Shown here: positions 48,403 through 61,670 of the stretch, in pieces
Position numbering within the stretch: the first letter of the stretch is position 1
Layout of the letters: the number at the start of each line of letters is the position of its first letter
Origin: Lingula anatina
Lineage: Eukaryota > Animalia > Brachiopoda
Direction of reading: 5' to 3'
Assembly: GCA_051362555.1 (NCBI GenBank)
Contig: CM120640.1
Span: 27,180,503-27,244,502, forward strand
Length of the DNA stretch: 64,000 nt
Program-made: the position numbers and the translations under genes
The notes under the pieces: generated by a model
Seen by the model: the letters and a program-made list of their open reading frames with translations, nothing else
What the model was told of the DNA's origin: nothing
Databases searched by the model: none

Positions 48403-51400
48403 TCACCTCTTTCTCTGTGGCATCCATTTGTACACAGCAGCCATTTCCTTTGTCTCATCAGCAACCTTCTTTTTCCTAGCTTTTTTGTCCTGGAATATGT
48501 AATATTTTCTTTTTGTGTAATATGAAAATAACATTAACCTAAGATTTTGCTTTGAAAAAACTCTTAAGGTAATTCAAGGTTAAGAGCATTTAATTTTACA
48601 AAATTTAGTCAAATCATCACAAAGTTATTCAAATTCAATCAATTACCATACATATATTTGGAACAAGACATCTGATTAGCAAAAGTGAAATGATAGCAAA
48701 AACACTCGTAAAAGCTATCTATAAGAATGTACCATTAACAGTTTCTTCATTTCCATCTTCTGTGCTATTACATGAAGGTGTCTTTCTCTTTCTATCCTTT
48801 TGGAAAGTTCCTTGTATTTTTTCTTTCGTTCCTCTGCAAATTCCTATACAATTGAAAGATAATTTGATCTCAACTCTCTTGTCTCTTGTGGACAATTTTA
48901 AAAGTCAACAAATCAGGTTATAGTATTCTCAATTGGAGCAATGACTACTTCTGACTGATCATCAGACTTGATGACGAGGAATTTAAAAATTCATCAGGTT
49001 TGATCATCATAAGCAAGGCTTTTGTAATGAACCACTGATAGGAAATACAAAAATACATTTTTAAAAAAATAAAATCCAGACTCAAGCAGTTAGTGAAAAA
49101 TAAATTGTTGAGGCAAAAAACTGAATTGTCAAGTACACTGTCATTACCTGAACTGTATCTTGGTCAAGACCACTCTGATATGTTTGAGTTTTCAACATGT
49201 CCAAGGTTGGGCGGTTGTATGTTCTCCCAAGTAAACTGGGGTGAGTGTTGAAACGTTTGGCTACATCAAACGATTTTGCTGAAGTTGCAAGTTTAAATTC
49301 ATAAGTAGGATTTAACAGGTCCAAGTGTCAAAATCATTCTCTATCCATTTTTTTTTTCTCTCATCATTATCATCACAGAGAAAAAATCTGACAAAAGTAT
49401 TGAATGATCAACAAATTTAACAAGAATTTCCATTCTTAATTATAAACTATACAATTAAAATGTACGTCTGAATTTTTCTTATTTACTGTTCACTTTTCAT
49501 TTTAACAATTGTATGTTTTTTTAAATGCATACAAATATATTAAAATGTATATGCACTTACCTTCTTTCTTTGAGTCTACAAAAAATGTATGCTTATTTTT
49601 TGGTTTTTCTTCACCTTCAAGTAAATGCAAACTTCCTTTTAGCTTTTCTATTTTCTATAATTAAATAAAGCAACAACATAAATTAATATACAACAAAGTC
49701 AAACAAATAAAAATTTTAATTCTTAAAATTTAAAAGAAAACTGCACAATACACATGCAAATTTATTTTAGACATTTTCTGACTTTGATTTGTCCTTTATG
49801 TTATGCTAAGGGTGATTATTATTTTGAAAATATAGGACAGTCACCCATCAACATGGTCTCATACACCCTGTTGTTTTCCATGATACAAATGAACACTGCA
49901 TTTTAGTGATGATGAGCCGTGTATTATATTTCTTTAGTAATGCCAACTTTAAAAAGGTTCAGAATGAGCCAGCTAATTTAATGTCACAATAAGCCATGTT
50001 TCTACTTATACCGTTTGTCTCACAAATGACTGATAAACCTACGATGGAACTTGAATGAAAAGATTTGTCCCACAGCAAAGTTTAGAAACCATAACTATAA
50101 ATAGGTCACTTGGGTCATGTGATGTCATTTGAATTTAGTCAAAAAAAAACTCAACATGTGTTGAGGTTTCATTAACTGGTTTAGTAGTTTTATTTTTTAG
50201 GCCCTTGCAACAAAGGAGAAAAAAGAAAAAATTAACTCAAAAGTTAGCAGAAGGCTCCATTTAGAGGATGGAATAACAAAACAGTGCAACAAAATACACT
50301 GAAAATTATGGGAGAAAGCCTGGCACGTGTAAACGAGCAGGTGTTTCATGAGGCCCAAAATGTTAAGTAATAGATATATATCAATTCATGTCAAAATTAT
50401 TAGAAATTAATTCAAATATCAGTTTTAATTATTCTTCACTCCCTTTTTAATGCCAAATAAATAAGGGGCAAGGGAAAAATAAACATTTTATGCGCAACTA
50501 ACTAGACTAGGTTGCAATGACCTCAGTCTGGTACATGGCAAGTGAGCGTCTTTGAATGAGCGCCTTTAAACACCCACAGCAACAGATATTGGTAGACTTA
50601 AAAAATATAAGAATTATAAAGAAGAGGTTCTTAAGTTTCATTTGATGTGCAACACAGATGTTCATTAAAAGAAACTTTGTAACAAGAAACAATCAGTGCC
50701 AAGAACAGGTGTGCAGAGGCTACTGCAAAATATTCCTTTACCTTCAATTCAGTGCTTCGCTTGTAATTGATATATTTTAGATCTTGGGATTGCATTAATT
50801 TCAACTGTTCTTCACTATATGCTGGGGGAGAGTCATCATTTTGGTGCACACCTTCCTGAAAGTAAATCATCAAATAGCTCTTAAATATCCTAATTGAATT
50901 ACAAATTTTAAAAATCCAATAAAATACCCAGGTACATTCAATACCCACAATGAGACATTGCTTTAATTTCTTAAATATTGAATGGCATTGTAAGTTAAAA
51001 AAAAACAGTAACAGGTGATCTATCATTTCAATGGAAAACAATTAAGTAAGCTTTCAAAAGTTTATAACATCATCCCCTCACTCGCAAGACTAGATGAATT
51101 AAAAGTTATTGTAAATCTCAAATAAAAGAGAAGACAATTCAAAAAAAAAAAAAAACTAGCAAAAATGTTCATTAGCATTATCAAACACAAACTATTAGCT
51201 TATGGCCAACCTAGGCGAAGGTCACCCATGAATAGGGACGGGGGGTCGATCTACCTGACATTCATAAGAGGGTGCTGGCCACTCTACCACCTAGCAGTCA
51301 GTGAGTTTCAACATCTACTCACATCAGTCTGATGAAGGCCTTCAACCAGGTTGGCCGTAACCTAACGGTATGAAAATATTTCCACTTGTGTTTGATAATT

Positions 51401-54400
51401 TTCATTAACGAAAAAAAAACTACTTTTTAAAAAACAATGGCTACTTTTCCAATCCATGAAACCATATTTTCTTACAGCAAAAATACAACCAAAAATATTC
51501 AGAATTTATTATGCCTGATCATTTTTCTTCCATAACACTTTTGGAGTCAAATTCCTCCAATATTGACATTTTACCAACCACTTACATCACCGAGAAGCAG
51601 ATAGTTAAGATGGGGTAAAATCACTCACACCACAATGGGACAACTCTGCTTCACAGATTAATTTCTTAATTTCCCAAGAGTTGCAAATGATATGCTAAAA
51701 AAGACATGTAAATCTAGTAGTGAAAGCTGGCTTAAAATCGTAATGACAGCTGGAGGGAAGGTGAACAGGGATCACATTACAGTCAACAATTGCAGCAAAC
51801 CACAGGGAAATCGAAGCTGTTTTTTATAACACGCTGGAGAAACAGATGGCTAAAGACCTTGTCAACTTTATTGGCCACATACCCTAAAACAGTAGGAAGT
51901 AACCATACACTGACATTTTTTGCTTTTTCAAGTTTCATTTTTTTATAAGTTTGTCGTTTGAAATGTAGTGATTATCAAAGCACTGTTTGTTTAATGAACA
52001 ATGACACAAATTTGTGGATTTGATTTTCATACTTTTCTGTACAAATTACAAAAGACTATCATTTCTTGGTTTCAACAAACTAAAAATAAATAATAAACTG
52101 CAAAAATGACAGTCAAGTTTCATCTGACACAGGACTGCCTACTAATGCCTAACCATTTCTAAACATCATCCTCAGCTATGCATTTTCACTGGACTTTCTA
52201 TCCATCATTACTTGTCAAAACTTTTCACAAATGTATGCTACCACCAATAAAGATGATTAAAATTACCAAAATGATCAAAATCCCTCAGTGACTACAGCTG
52301 TATATTTTGATTCCCTTAGATATAATCGGCAAGATTAAAAGGTGACAATATGAGTATGCGAAATAATTCATCATGAAGTCCCAGAAGACCCCCAAGGGGT
52401 TTCATAATGATTGCTTTAATCTACACAAAACAATTTTCTGAGCACTCATTTCTGACACCTTGGTGGGACTTTTGAAAAAGTAGATAAGCCCTAATTAGTT
52501 TAATGGGCCTTAAAAACTTGATGAAATTTACTTGGTTATTGATGCATTCAAATATCAAGAGTGGTGAGTTGGAAATTTAAGAAAAGTCCATTTATTTTGT
52601 CTCAATTAGCATTTGTTAAGTGCCACATTCAGAGCAAATGAAAGCATTTTATTAACATTCTCTTTCAATATGTTCTAAATATAACTTAGATATATTTTTA
52701 AAAATATTCTTCCAAATAGATTGAATAAAAAATCTCTAGTGAGAAAGACATCTTAATCAAATTGTTACGAACCAATTTATCAATTTCTCATATTTTTGCG
52801 GGACTTAAAAAATACATGAAAATTGTCAAATGTCCATTTAAGAGGAAAGTATTTGAAAGCTTTTTTGCAAGATAACTGTGATCTTTACATTAACCTTTCT
52901 CTAAAATACAAGAAGCATCGGGAAGATTTCCTTGTCTTTCAGATGAATCCAATTTGCAAAAATGTTGTGTCAACTTGTCATAACAGATTCAGACTGCAGA
53001 GCATCAGGAGAAAAGCTCGGCAGTTCATGCTGATAGCTATTAGTACTGATTGTAGCCTCTGATTTCCAGGCAATTTATCAACACTGTCATCCTCAATAAC
53101 TGTCTTTCATTTACCGGATGACTATTATTGGGTTTTGTCAACTTTAACATTTACTTGTTGTCACAATGTCTTTGTTACTTCATGGCTGCTTTATCAATTA
53201 CTGAAAATAAATTGTCATTTAGAGATAAATGAGAAAAAATATAGATTACAGAAGTGTTGGTAAATATTCCATTTTGACATGTATGTAACATACCTACAGG
53301 TCAGAAATAAATACACACTTTGGCATGTCACAGTTGTTATCAATGGGGCAAATAAACAAGTGTTTGACTCACAGAATTCTTCATTAAATTTAAAATTACT
53401 AGCACCGTTTTATTTTTTAGTAAATCACTTTTGGCAATGTTAAAGCTATAAGTCTTTAATTTAGGCTACCAGTCAATCTATTTACTTTTGACTAACAGTG
53501 TTCATATCTCTGTACAATTCAAGCTTGGTTCAAAGCCGCATAATGGAATACAAATGGATGCATAACTAGGAATGAGGTTAAATAAAATCTTTGAACTGCC
53601 CTGTTAATGTGGAGGCATCAGAATATTATCTGGCAGATACCAGCTTATATCTGTCTTGTGTTAAATGGTCAACATGGCTTATACATACTATTTACATAAG
53701 ATACAATGATTTCACTTAGCAGAAAGGTTGACAAGCTGAAAAAAGCAAATGTTTGTTGTTGCCTGCCATATACATAATTCAGGGTTGTTATCCACTAGGT
53801 GGCACTACAAAAGTTATTGATCACAGTATCTTGAAGAAAACAGTGAATGAAGTAGTCTGCAGTAATGATGAAAGTAATGCTGGTCATGAAAAATTTTATT
53901 TTATGTAACAAAAAGATATTATCAACTTAATGATACAAGAAACAACCAATACATTTTATACATAAATTTAAAACTTCTGATTAATGTCATTTAATTAACT
54001 TTTCCTCTTTTTTTTATCCACAAAAAACGAAATTAATATTTTTATTCTACTTTGGACATTACGGGTAATATACAAAACTAGTTGTAACAAAAAATATGAG
54101 TCTTTCAGTCTAAGAAGTTTTCTACTGTTGAAACATTGTATTTGTGTTTATTATTATTGCTTCCTAAACATGCTTATGAAAGTAGGCTTTAAAATATGAT
54201 CACTGATGTCAGAGAGGGATAGAACTGCAGAAATCTTCTCAAAAAAAAAAACTGCTATAAATAGACAGGAAATATGGCAATCATTGTAAATTAGTTTCAT
54301 TCAAATTATCATGTTAAATATTCATTAGTGGCTGCTATCATTCCCACATTAATTTCCAGAAAGAAAATAAAAAACTCTCAATCCTTTTTTTTTTAATTTT

Positions 54401-56350
54401 TCATTTGAGTTGCTTCAAATATTAATCTTTTAAAAAAATATTTAGCAAATATTGTAAAAAATATTTTCAAGATACAAAATGGCTAGAAAGAGATTAATCA
54501 GTCAAATGACATAAGCTTGCTTTTCTCAATACTGACCTTTAACCTTGTGTTGACCATTTTGAAATAGAATTCATCTGGGTTTTTGTCCAAAGCTTTCTTC
54601 TTTAAAGATTTGATCGTGGCTTGTTTTCTCTGATAATCTCTAAAATCAAGATATAAAATTAACAAAGCTAGTCAGGGCCATATGTTAACCTCAGGCACCA
54701 GGTAGCCCTGTAGGGTTACCAACAGCCAAGGTGTGATAGCTGGAGTTTTTTTAACAAATATATATGTTTATATCAGGATTTGACATGAAATATTTTCAAG
54801 CACTTGCCCAGTCAGGCAAAAAGGTGTCAAAATCAACTTGCCCCGCTCCAAAAAATATATTTTTTTAATTATAAGAGGGGGGGGGGGAGAGGGGTGTACA
54901 CAGTGAATAAATAATTTAAAATAATGTGTTTGGGAGGAGGTTACAAAAACTTAATTGCCACACCTGAAAATCACTTTTTTCAAACAGTGCTTGTTCCTCA
55001 AAGTTAAGGATTCCAATTATTTTTAATTGATATTTTCTAAATTTCTCATTATTGATGTATCTGCAAGGGGTGGGGGTACCTCCCCTAAAGAAATTTTGAA
55101 ATATGAATAAATATTTATGGGCAGTGCAGTTCACTACCTGAGTGACTTGATTTGAAAATTACATAAAAAGAGGGACTCTGCCCTCCCCCACCCAACCCCC
55201 TTTCAGTTTCTGGGGAAAAAAATCACACCAAAATTCTCCACTATCTGAATCATAGTTCTTAACTGTACCAAATGGCACTGTTTGCTCTCCAAAACACCAA
55301 AATTTTTCATTGCCCTTGAACGGACCCCCTAAACCACATACCAAGGGTAGGCTTTGCACCTGAGGCCTGTCCTTTCTAAAAAATCAAGCCCGCCTTCAAA
55401 TAATCCTGGATCTACCCCTCAGCATTACATTTGAAAAAACTTCCTTTACATGAAATGGGACACGATGACTAACATACACAGTAAAATCAGAACAGAGTCT
55501 TTAAACACAGCAACTGACGACTACTGTATATATGCAATCATCTTGCTGAAAATATCTGACACCACTTACGTTGCTCGCAGTTTGTAGTCTTTTTTCTTCT
55601 CCAAAAGTCCAAGATGTGCCCTGCTACTCGGCTATAAAAAAAAAGGTTTTTATGAAATTGGTGCTTCCATCTGATCGTGATTTTAAAACAGAACATTTAA
55701 ATTCACAATAATCATCTGAACAAAGCAAGAAAACAAAGAATATTTCTTGAATAGAACAGTACCTAATATCTATGCTTATATAAAATAAACTGTGTATATT
55801 GAACATGTATTTTAATACATCTTAAAAGATGTGTTTTGTATACTTTTGGGTGGAAGACATCACCTGATCCAAAAATGGGGGCATCACAGCATTTGTACGG
55901 TATATTGTTTATCTGTACATTTATTTGTTTTTGACTACTGGGAAATATCATCTATATGTTTAATATGCGACACTGATGTCTAAGGTCGAAATGCTGTCTG
56001 TACACACAGTGAAATATCAAGACGTCTTCTTGGACAAGTACAAATAACAGATGTAGTTTCCCGTCTTTAGATCTCTTGACCACGTTTTCTTTACACACTG
56101 AGCGTGCTAGTACGACAATGAATACATTTAAGCAAATTAAAAAAGGAAGACTAGAGGCTGCTTTTATGGAAAAGATGGAAAATTTGAGTCAAATTAGCGA
56201 CCCCACAGCTCCAGTTGCAGCACACATCCATGAATGATGAAGTATTTGGGTGTTGGGGGCAGTTACTTAAGATAAGGCTATATTATTTACCTGATTCCTC
56301 TCCCTGTGAGTCTTTTGGTGCGATTTTTTTGCATTCTTGAACGTCGACAT
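48403..56350 (-). CDS. UTP11: U3 snoRNA-associated protein 11 (SSU processome), multi-exon
   Basis: Exons 56350-56291, 55631-55570, 54639-54537, 50855-50742, 49654-49561, 49278-49148, 48843-48733, 48489-48403: [103 protein letters not shown]. Confidence 0.96.
51177..51399. mobile_element. Short inverted-repeat element with a tRNA/SINE-like core, in a UTP11 intron
   Basis: Perfect 14-bp IR ATTATCAAACACAA..TTGTGTTTGATAAT; inner ~33-bp imperfect IR (TTATGGCCAACCT/AGGTTGGCCGTAA); degenerate A/B-box-like motifs on the minus strand. Confidence 0.55.
54775..55420. repeat. Cluster of degenerate DNA-transposon/MITE fragments in a UTP11 intron
   Basis: ACTTGCCC repeats after CAGG, G/C runs next to AAATTTTGAAAT, and a CTGGATCTACCCCT terminus-like motif; no paired termini resolved. 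Confidence 0.35.
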
Positions 56351-56379
56351 CTTTGCTTTGTGTATAAATTAAGAAATAC

Positions 56380-56535
56380 CGATTTGTTTACGTTTCACAC
56401 ATACGAACACATGGCCACTACAATCGGAAATAGCGATAACATTGATCTGCGCACGTGCTGCTAGATGTTTCTAATCTCTCAGCATTAGAGAGCAAGATTA
56501 GTCTAAATAACGCACGTACACTCACTTCGGTCAAT
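56380..56535 (-). promoter_or_regulatory. UTP11 proximal promoter
   Basis: CpG-containing; ETS-like CGGAAA at 56425; NRF1/E-box-like TGCGCACGTGC at 56448. Confidence 0.5.
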
Positions 56536-57722
56536 ATAACGTATATGCATCTTAGTTCTGATGTTCATTTGCTTTTTTTCATGAAAATGCATTTTAAGGT
56601 AATAATTAAATCTGCATAATAAGTTTCTACAACTTTTTTAGATTTCATGTTGTATTTCTTGGGAAACTAAGTTATCGTTAATTGGCAGTCAAGGTAGGCC
56701 TACTTAAAAAGCAATTAGAAAATTAGAATTAAAAAAATTTGAATTTCAATTTGAAATGAAACTGATGTAACTGAAAGGGTTTCGTCAAATTAATATAAAA
56801 TTTCTATTTTTAAGCTCCTGAAAACACGTCAGCTATTCACCCACTGGTGAATGGTTACAACCCGTCCCAAGGCCCCAGAAAAACACTGGGTAGTAATTTC
56901 AGAGACTCGAGTTTAATTTACGGAAAAATTTGATTTTGAAGTCTCCTGTCGATTAAATTGTGATATGAGTAGAGCCGTTTAATCACTGCGCGTGCCAAGT
57001 TTGTCATTTTCTTACCCAATTTTGTTTTGGTCGTTTGAGATTTCAATTAATTAACTCGACAGCGCTCTAGGAACTTAAACCAAATTTTCTTAACCCCGTC
57101 GTGGCTTTAATTTTGCGGTCCCTAACCTTCAATCCGCAAGAGCTCTTCTTCTCCTAGTATTTTCTTTTGAAGCAATCGAGCTTAATTTGTCCAGGGAATT
57201 CGTCACTGATTGCGGATTTCGAGTGTCACAGGACCTTTGCAACGCACGCATTTCACCCTTGCTCCCAACTCCCCGAACTGTAACAAGAAATTTCGATTTG
57301 CCCTGCACCACGAGGATTGAGATAGGCGTTACAAGAATTAACTTCTAATTTGTTCTATTTTCTAAACCATGAAATTGTCTTCTGATAGCATGGATTTTAG
57401 CACAAGGCGATAAGAGAAGACGCTGTCAGGATGTCGCATCTGCTGTGACTAATGATAATGTTTTACTCGATCTATTGCACTGTTGCCACAGTGATATTTT
57501 GATATTGCCATCTTCTTTTATTGCTAATTTTTCCCGTTTGGCCACCAACCATCGGTCAGTCGGGTTTATCTGTTCATTTAATGCTCATATATTCTTGATG
57601 TACCAATGAATTATTCCTCTTGATTTTTAGGTTTTATTCTTTAAATGTTTTTGTTCCCTTACTTCTTTTCTTTGATTTTTTATCATTTAATTTTTGTAGT
57701 GAATTTCATTTCGCGTGTTATT

Positions 57723-57732
57723 TCTCTCTCTA

Positions 57733-57776
<44 letters not shown>

Positions 57777-57815
57777 ACCATGACACATACACACGCACAC
57801 ATACAAGCACACATA
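57723..57815. repeat. (CT)n(CA)n compound microsatellite
   Basis: Direct reading. Confidence 0.9.
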
Positions 57816-60810
57816 CTTTTAAGTCCCCAGCCGTCAAACATGCCTATCGCATACAAGCACCGACTCACCTATACTAAACGTGCGGCGCAATGCACTTGTC
57901 TGCCCACCCCGCACACCCATTATCCAGCAGAGAGGATCTATCACATGTCATCTTTTTCACATTGTCTGAAACTTGAAATCTTTTATAACTCCATTCCATT
58001 TTCAAAATGGTTTACTTAAGGGAAAATTTAAAACACTAATTCTTTTTGTTGTGTGATGGGGCTTTTAATTTGTGTGGTTTCCGCACGCACAGAAAAATGC
58101 AGATTTTCAATTGAAATTAGGCCTACATGATTAGCGATTAATATTGCCCGCGAAATTTACCGAACGTTTCTCTTTAAAACATTTCCATTTGAAAGGAACA
58201 TTAAATTGAATTAATTGTTTATCATAATCATTCCTAACCCAACAGCAGGACTTGTATCGATCATATGTCGTCCCTTGAAACTCCTCTAAACGACACTCTT
58301 GCGATATTACGAGAAATCCACGTCGTTTCGGTAATAAATCTCCGCAGGACTTTTCTAATCACAGCGGGTCCAGATCGGAGCGCAACTTAATTCTGTTTTC
58401 GTTCTTTTCCAAATGGATTAGTGCCTGATCTGAACGGGGGCTAGAACCCAGCTATCTCCGTCTAACTCAATTTTCATTCGGAGGATCGAAGGTAAACGAC
58501 AATATATAAATTAACGAAGATTGATGATCGTTTCGAAAATTCAATTTTGTTGCAATTAAGACAAATAATAATCTAGTAATAAAATTGAAAACGTCACGTG
58601 ATTTATGGAAAGAATATCGTTCTTTACTAGTGTTCAAACATTTTTTTCTGTTGTTTGAGACATCAGTTACCACAACCAGGTCTATAGATTCATGGGTTTT
58701 AAAATGTGTCCCACTCTGTACTATTTCTTGTCCAAACTGTATAAAATAAAACATGTTATCGAAAGCCTTTTTTAACTTGCACAAACAAGTAAAATTATAC
58801 AGATGTATATGTATCAAAGAGCCTAAATTGTTCTCAGCTGTTGAAAAAATTCATCGATTCATTTATTACAGCAGAAACCCATATTTCCTTGAAACACAGG
58901 TATTATTATAAATTATGCACATATAAAAGGCTTAATTTCGGGCTGTGTTTTTTTTTTAACTTGCTATATTGTTTAGAAGGTAATGGCTTTAAAATGTTAT
59001 TTTTTTTAAATCATCAATGTTCTGACAAACACCTCCCTTTGTAGCCTCGTCTTCCCTGTAGCCAGATTACCTCCTTTGTTGTTTTAAAATATACAGTATA
59101 TATATTTTGAGTAAAGTGATAGAGAGCCTTAATTTGATAGTTGTGCTCAAAATGCCACGGAGGCCATGATTCACTGAGAGAAACCCCAACCGTTTCTATG
59201 TATGTCAAATTTCGAACAGCATCTTGCCTGTGTTTTACGTGATACTTCAAAATTATAATAAAACCGTATCTGAGGGAAGGCAAAATAACGTGACGAGTAC
59301 ATAAGTTCAAGTCACAGAGCAGTGTTGTTATAGGAATGTAAATAAAGACAAGAACGATGCAAATGGCAGATTGGTCAATTTCAACGATTAGCAATCCTGA
59401 ACGACGCACATGTATATTCTCCTTGCCCTCTGTCGTAGTTGTCATAATTTGTTGTTCACTAAGCCGTGCGATGATGTGTTCATTATAGATAGCAATAATT
59501 AGATCAAGGTATTACGGCGAGCTGGATCGATAGATTAAAGATAAAATTAGAACCATTCATCGACAGGCTACCACAGTTGATGCTCTGATGTAACCCTCCA
59601 AACTCTATCAAATTTACGTCAATAAAATGAAGTCCAGTTATGTCAGCATCAGAATTAACGACTGTCTGTTTGATATGATGTAAACTTGCTCGATGTCCTT
59701 CCCTAACATTGCGGAGAATTTATTTCATTTTCGGTACATGATTGCACCTTTCTACATTAAGTGTTATTTGCGTGCTCGCACCAGTAATGCATTTCCAGTT
59801 AATATATTTATATTCGATTGAATGGAGCAAGCTCGTTCTCTAGGCAAAATCGTCTTTTGGACGCATCATAGAATGAAAATTATGGAGTAAAACATTATTT
59901 AGCGAAGGACATGATTTTCGTTTTCAGCTTAAGATTTTTTCTCTCTTAATATCATTTACTGTACAACTCATAGTGTGAGTACGCGTACCGTGAGGAACAG
60001 GGTCAGATTGATTCTCTATTTAATTGTTATCCTAGTCAGTCATTGGATAAATGTACCAAAGTTGTCAGATTGACTCAACTTTAAGTAGAAAACGCTAATC
60101 AAATCAGTTGTTTCATAGATAATTTCAGCCGCTCCATAAAACGTGATTTTCTCTTCATATCTAGTCATGATTACGGAGAAAACTTTATTACAAATGTTGT
60201 GAAAGAAAAACTGGACCATCTCACGGTCTAAAGTGAATATGTATTTAAGTTGAAAACATTCTAATGGTTATTCTCTCTCTTTCAGAGAGCATTTGCATTA
60301 TATATGTAATATATATTGCGTATCATTCCTGCTGAGCGCTTCTTGATTTTTTTGTATTAACAAGTCTCAGTTAAACGTCCAGTGTTCGTCTATTATTGAG
60401 AAATCGCGTCGCGAGAAGAGTAATATCAGTGAGATCAAGTGTGCTTAAAGTAAATCTTCTTCATTACAGAAGATAATACATTCCTGGAGGCATTTTTCTG
60501 CACGTTGTCTCCAAGAAAATATGTGTTTCTTTCTTTTGTTATCTATGTGTTCTGCTTTCCTCAATTGACACTATTATTGGACGGTATATAAAGTAGATAT
60601 AGCGAACTCTATAAATAAATTCACCCAGATCATTAAAAAAATATAATTATATCATTATTGAAGAGTACGAGTGTATCCAAATAAGGTGGAGATAGCTGTT
60701 TGCTGTGGTTTATAGGCTTATTAATTACTTCTATGGCCTGTGTGTACTTACTAGTGATGAAAAGACAGAAAACTATAGGCAGGCTGCTCTTTTACAATAT
60801 TTATTATGAA

Positions 60811-61122
60811 AAGCTAAATAAGATGTTTCTTTATAGACATGTCTAATAATACAACACAAGTTTTACACTTATTAGTAATTAAGTGAAATAGCAAAGACAT
60901 AAAGGAGCATAAATGTACAGATAAACAAGTGAAAGTGTTACACAACTTAGGAATTTATGAAAAATAAGTTAACACCCGTATACAGTGTGAAATATACATG
61001 GAGCCCTGTAAGTAGATATTCTTTAGATAAGCTAAATAAGATGTTTTCACATATAGACATATTTATAAATACAAAACAAATTACACCGATAAGTAAATAA
61101 TGTGAAATTGCAAAGAACAAAA
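60811..61122. repeat. Diverged ~95-bp direct repeat, two copies about 218 bp apart
   Basis: AAGCTAAATAAGATGTTT..ATAGACAT..GTGAAAT.GCAAAGA at 60811 and 61029. Confidence 0.75.
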
Positions 61123-61439
61123 CACGGTTTTATTATTCATTCGGCAATGTTTAAAGAACTGGTTCTCTGGGACGGAACGGATGTATGTAAGCATATCTAC
61201 AGATATTTGTTAACAATTACAAAAGGAAAACATAATACAAAAAAATACACATTAGCTTGAAAAGGGCCGATTTATTCCTATGCTTCATTTAACATTTATG
61301 CTTGCTTTTACTTGTATTTAATTTTTTTTTCATTTGTGATATACGTCTATTAATTCCAAAAGCCGTTAAATTCATCGCTATTAAGTAAGAATCGATCAGC
61401 GAAAACTCGAGCATTGATCCATGTAATGGAAGTCAGTAA

Positions 61440-61670
61440 GTAATTAGCTCGTGCACGATGTTGCTATGGTAACAAATCTGGTAGTTTGCAGGTGCAGGTA
61501 CAAGAGGGCGTCACGGTCAGTAGTAGTGTGTGCCTGTCTGTGATTTTTTTCACCACACTTTCCTTACAACTTGGCAGGTAAACGCAGGTGTTTGTGTGAC
61601 ACCATGGTGTTGTCATGACAACCCGAGGTGCGTCTTGCCGCTGACGTGCACCTGAAATAACCTGTTGCTG
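61440..61670. promoter_or_regulatory. Candidate enhancer/promoter with RFX X-boxes and E-boxes
   Basis: GTTGCTATGGTAAC (61460-61473), palindromic GTTGTCATGACAAC (61609-61622), CAGGTG/CACCTG x3, CRE-like TGACGT. Confidence 0.55.

Noticed and set aside
52283-52376. Minus-strand ATGATGA..CTGA C/D snoRNA candidate in a UTP11 intron
   Set aside because: No terminal stem and no recognisable guide sequence.
59014-59445. 143-aa minus-strand ORF, and other ORFs at 57-64 kb
   Set aside because: No recognisable domain or consistent exon structure; treated as chance ORFs.
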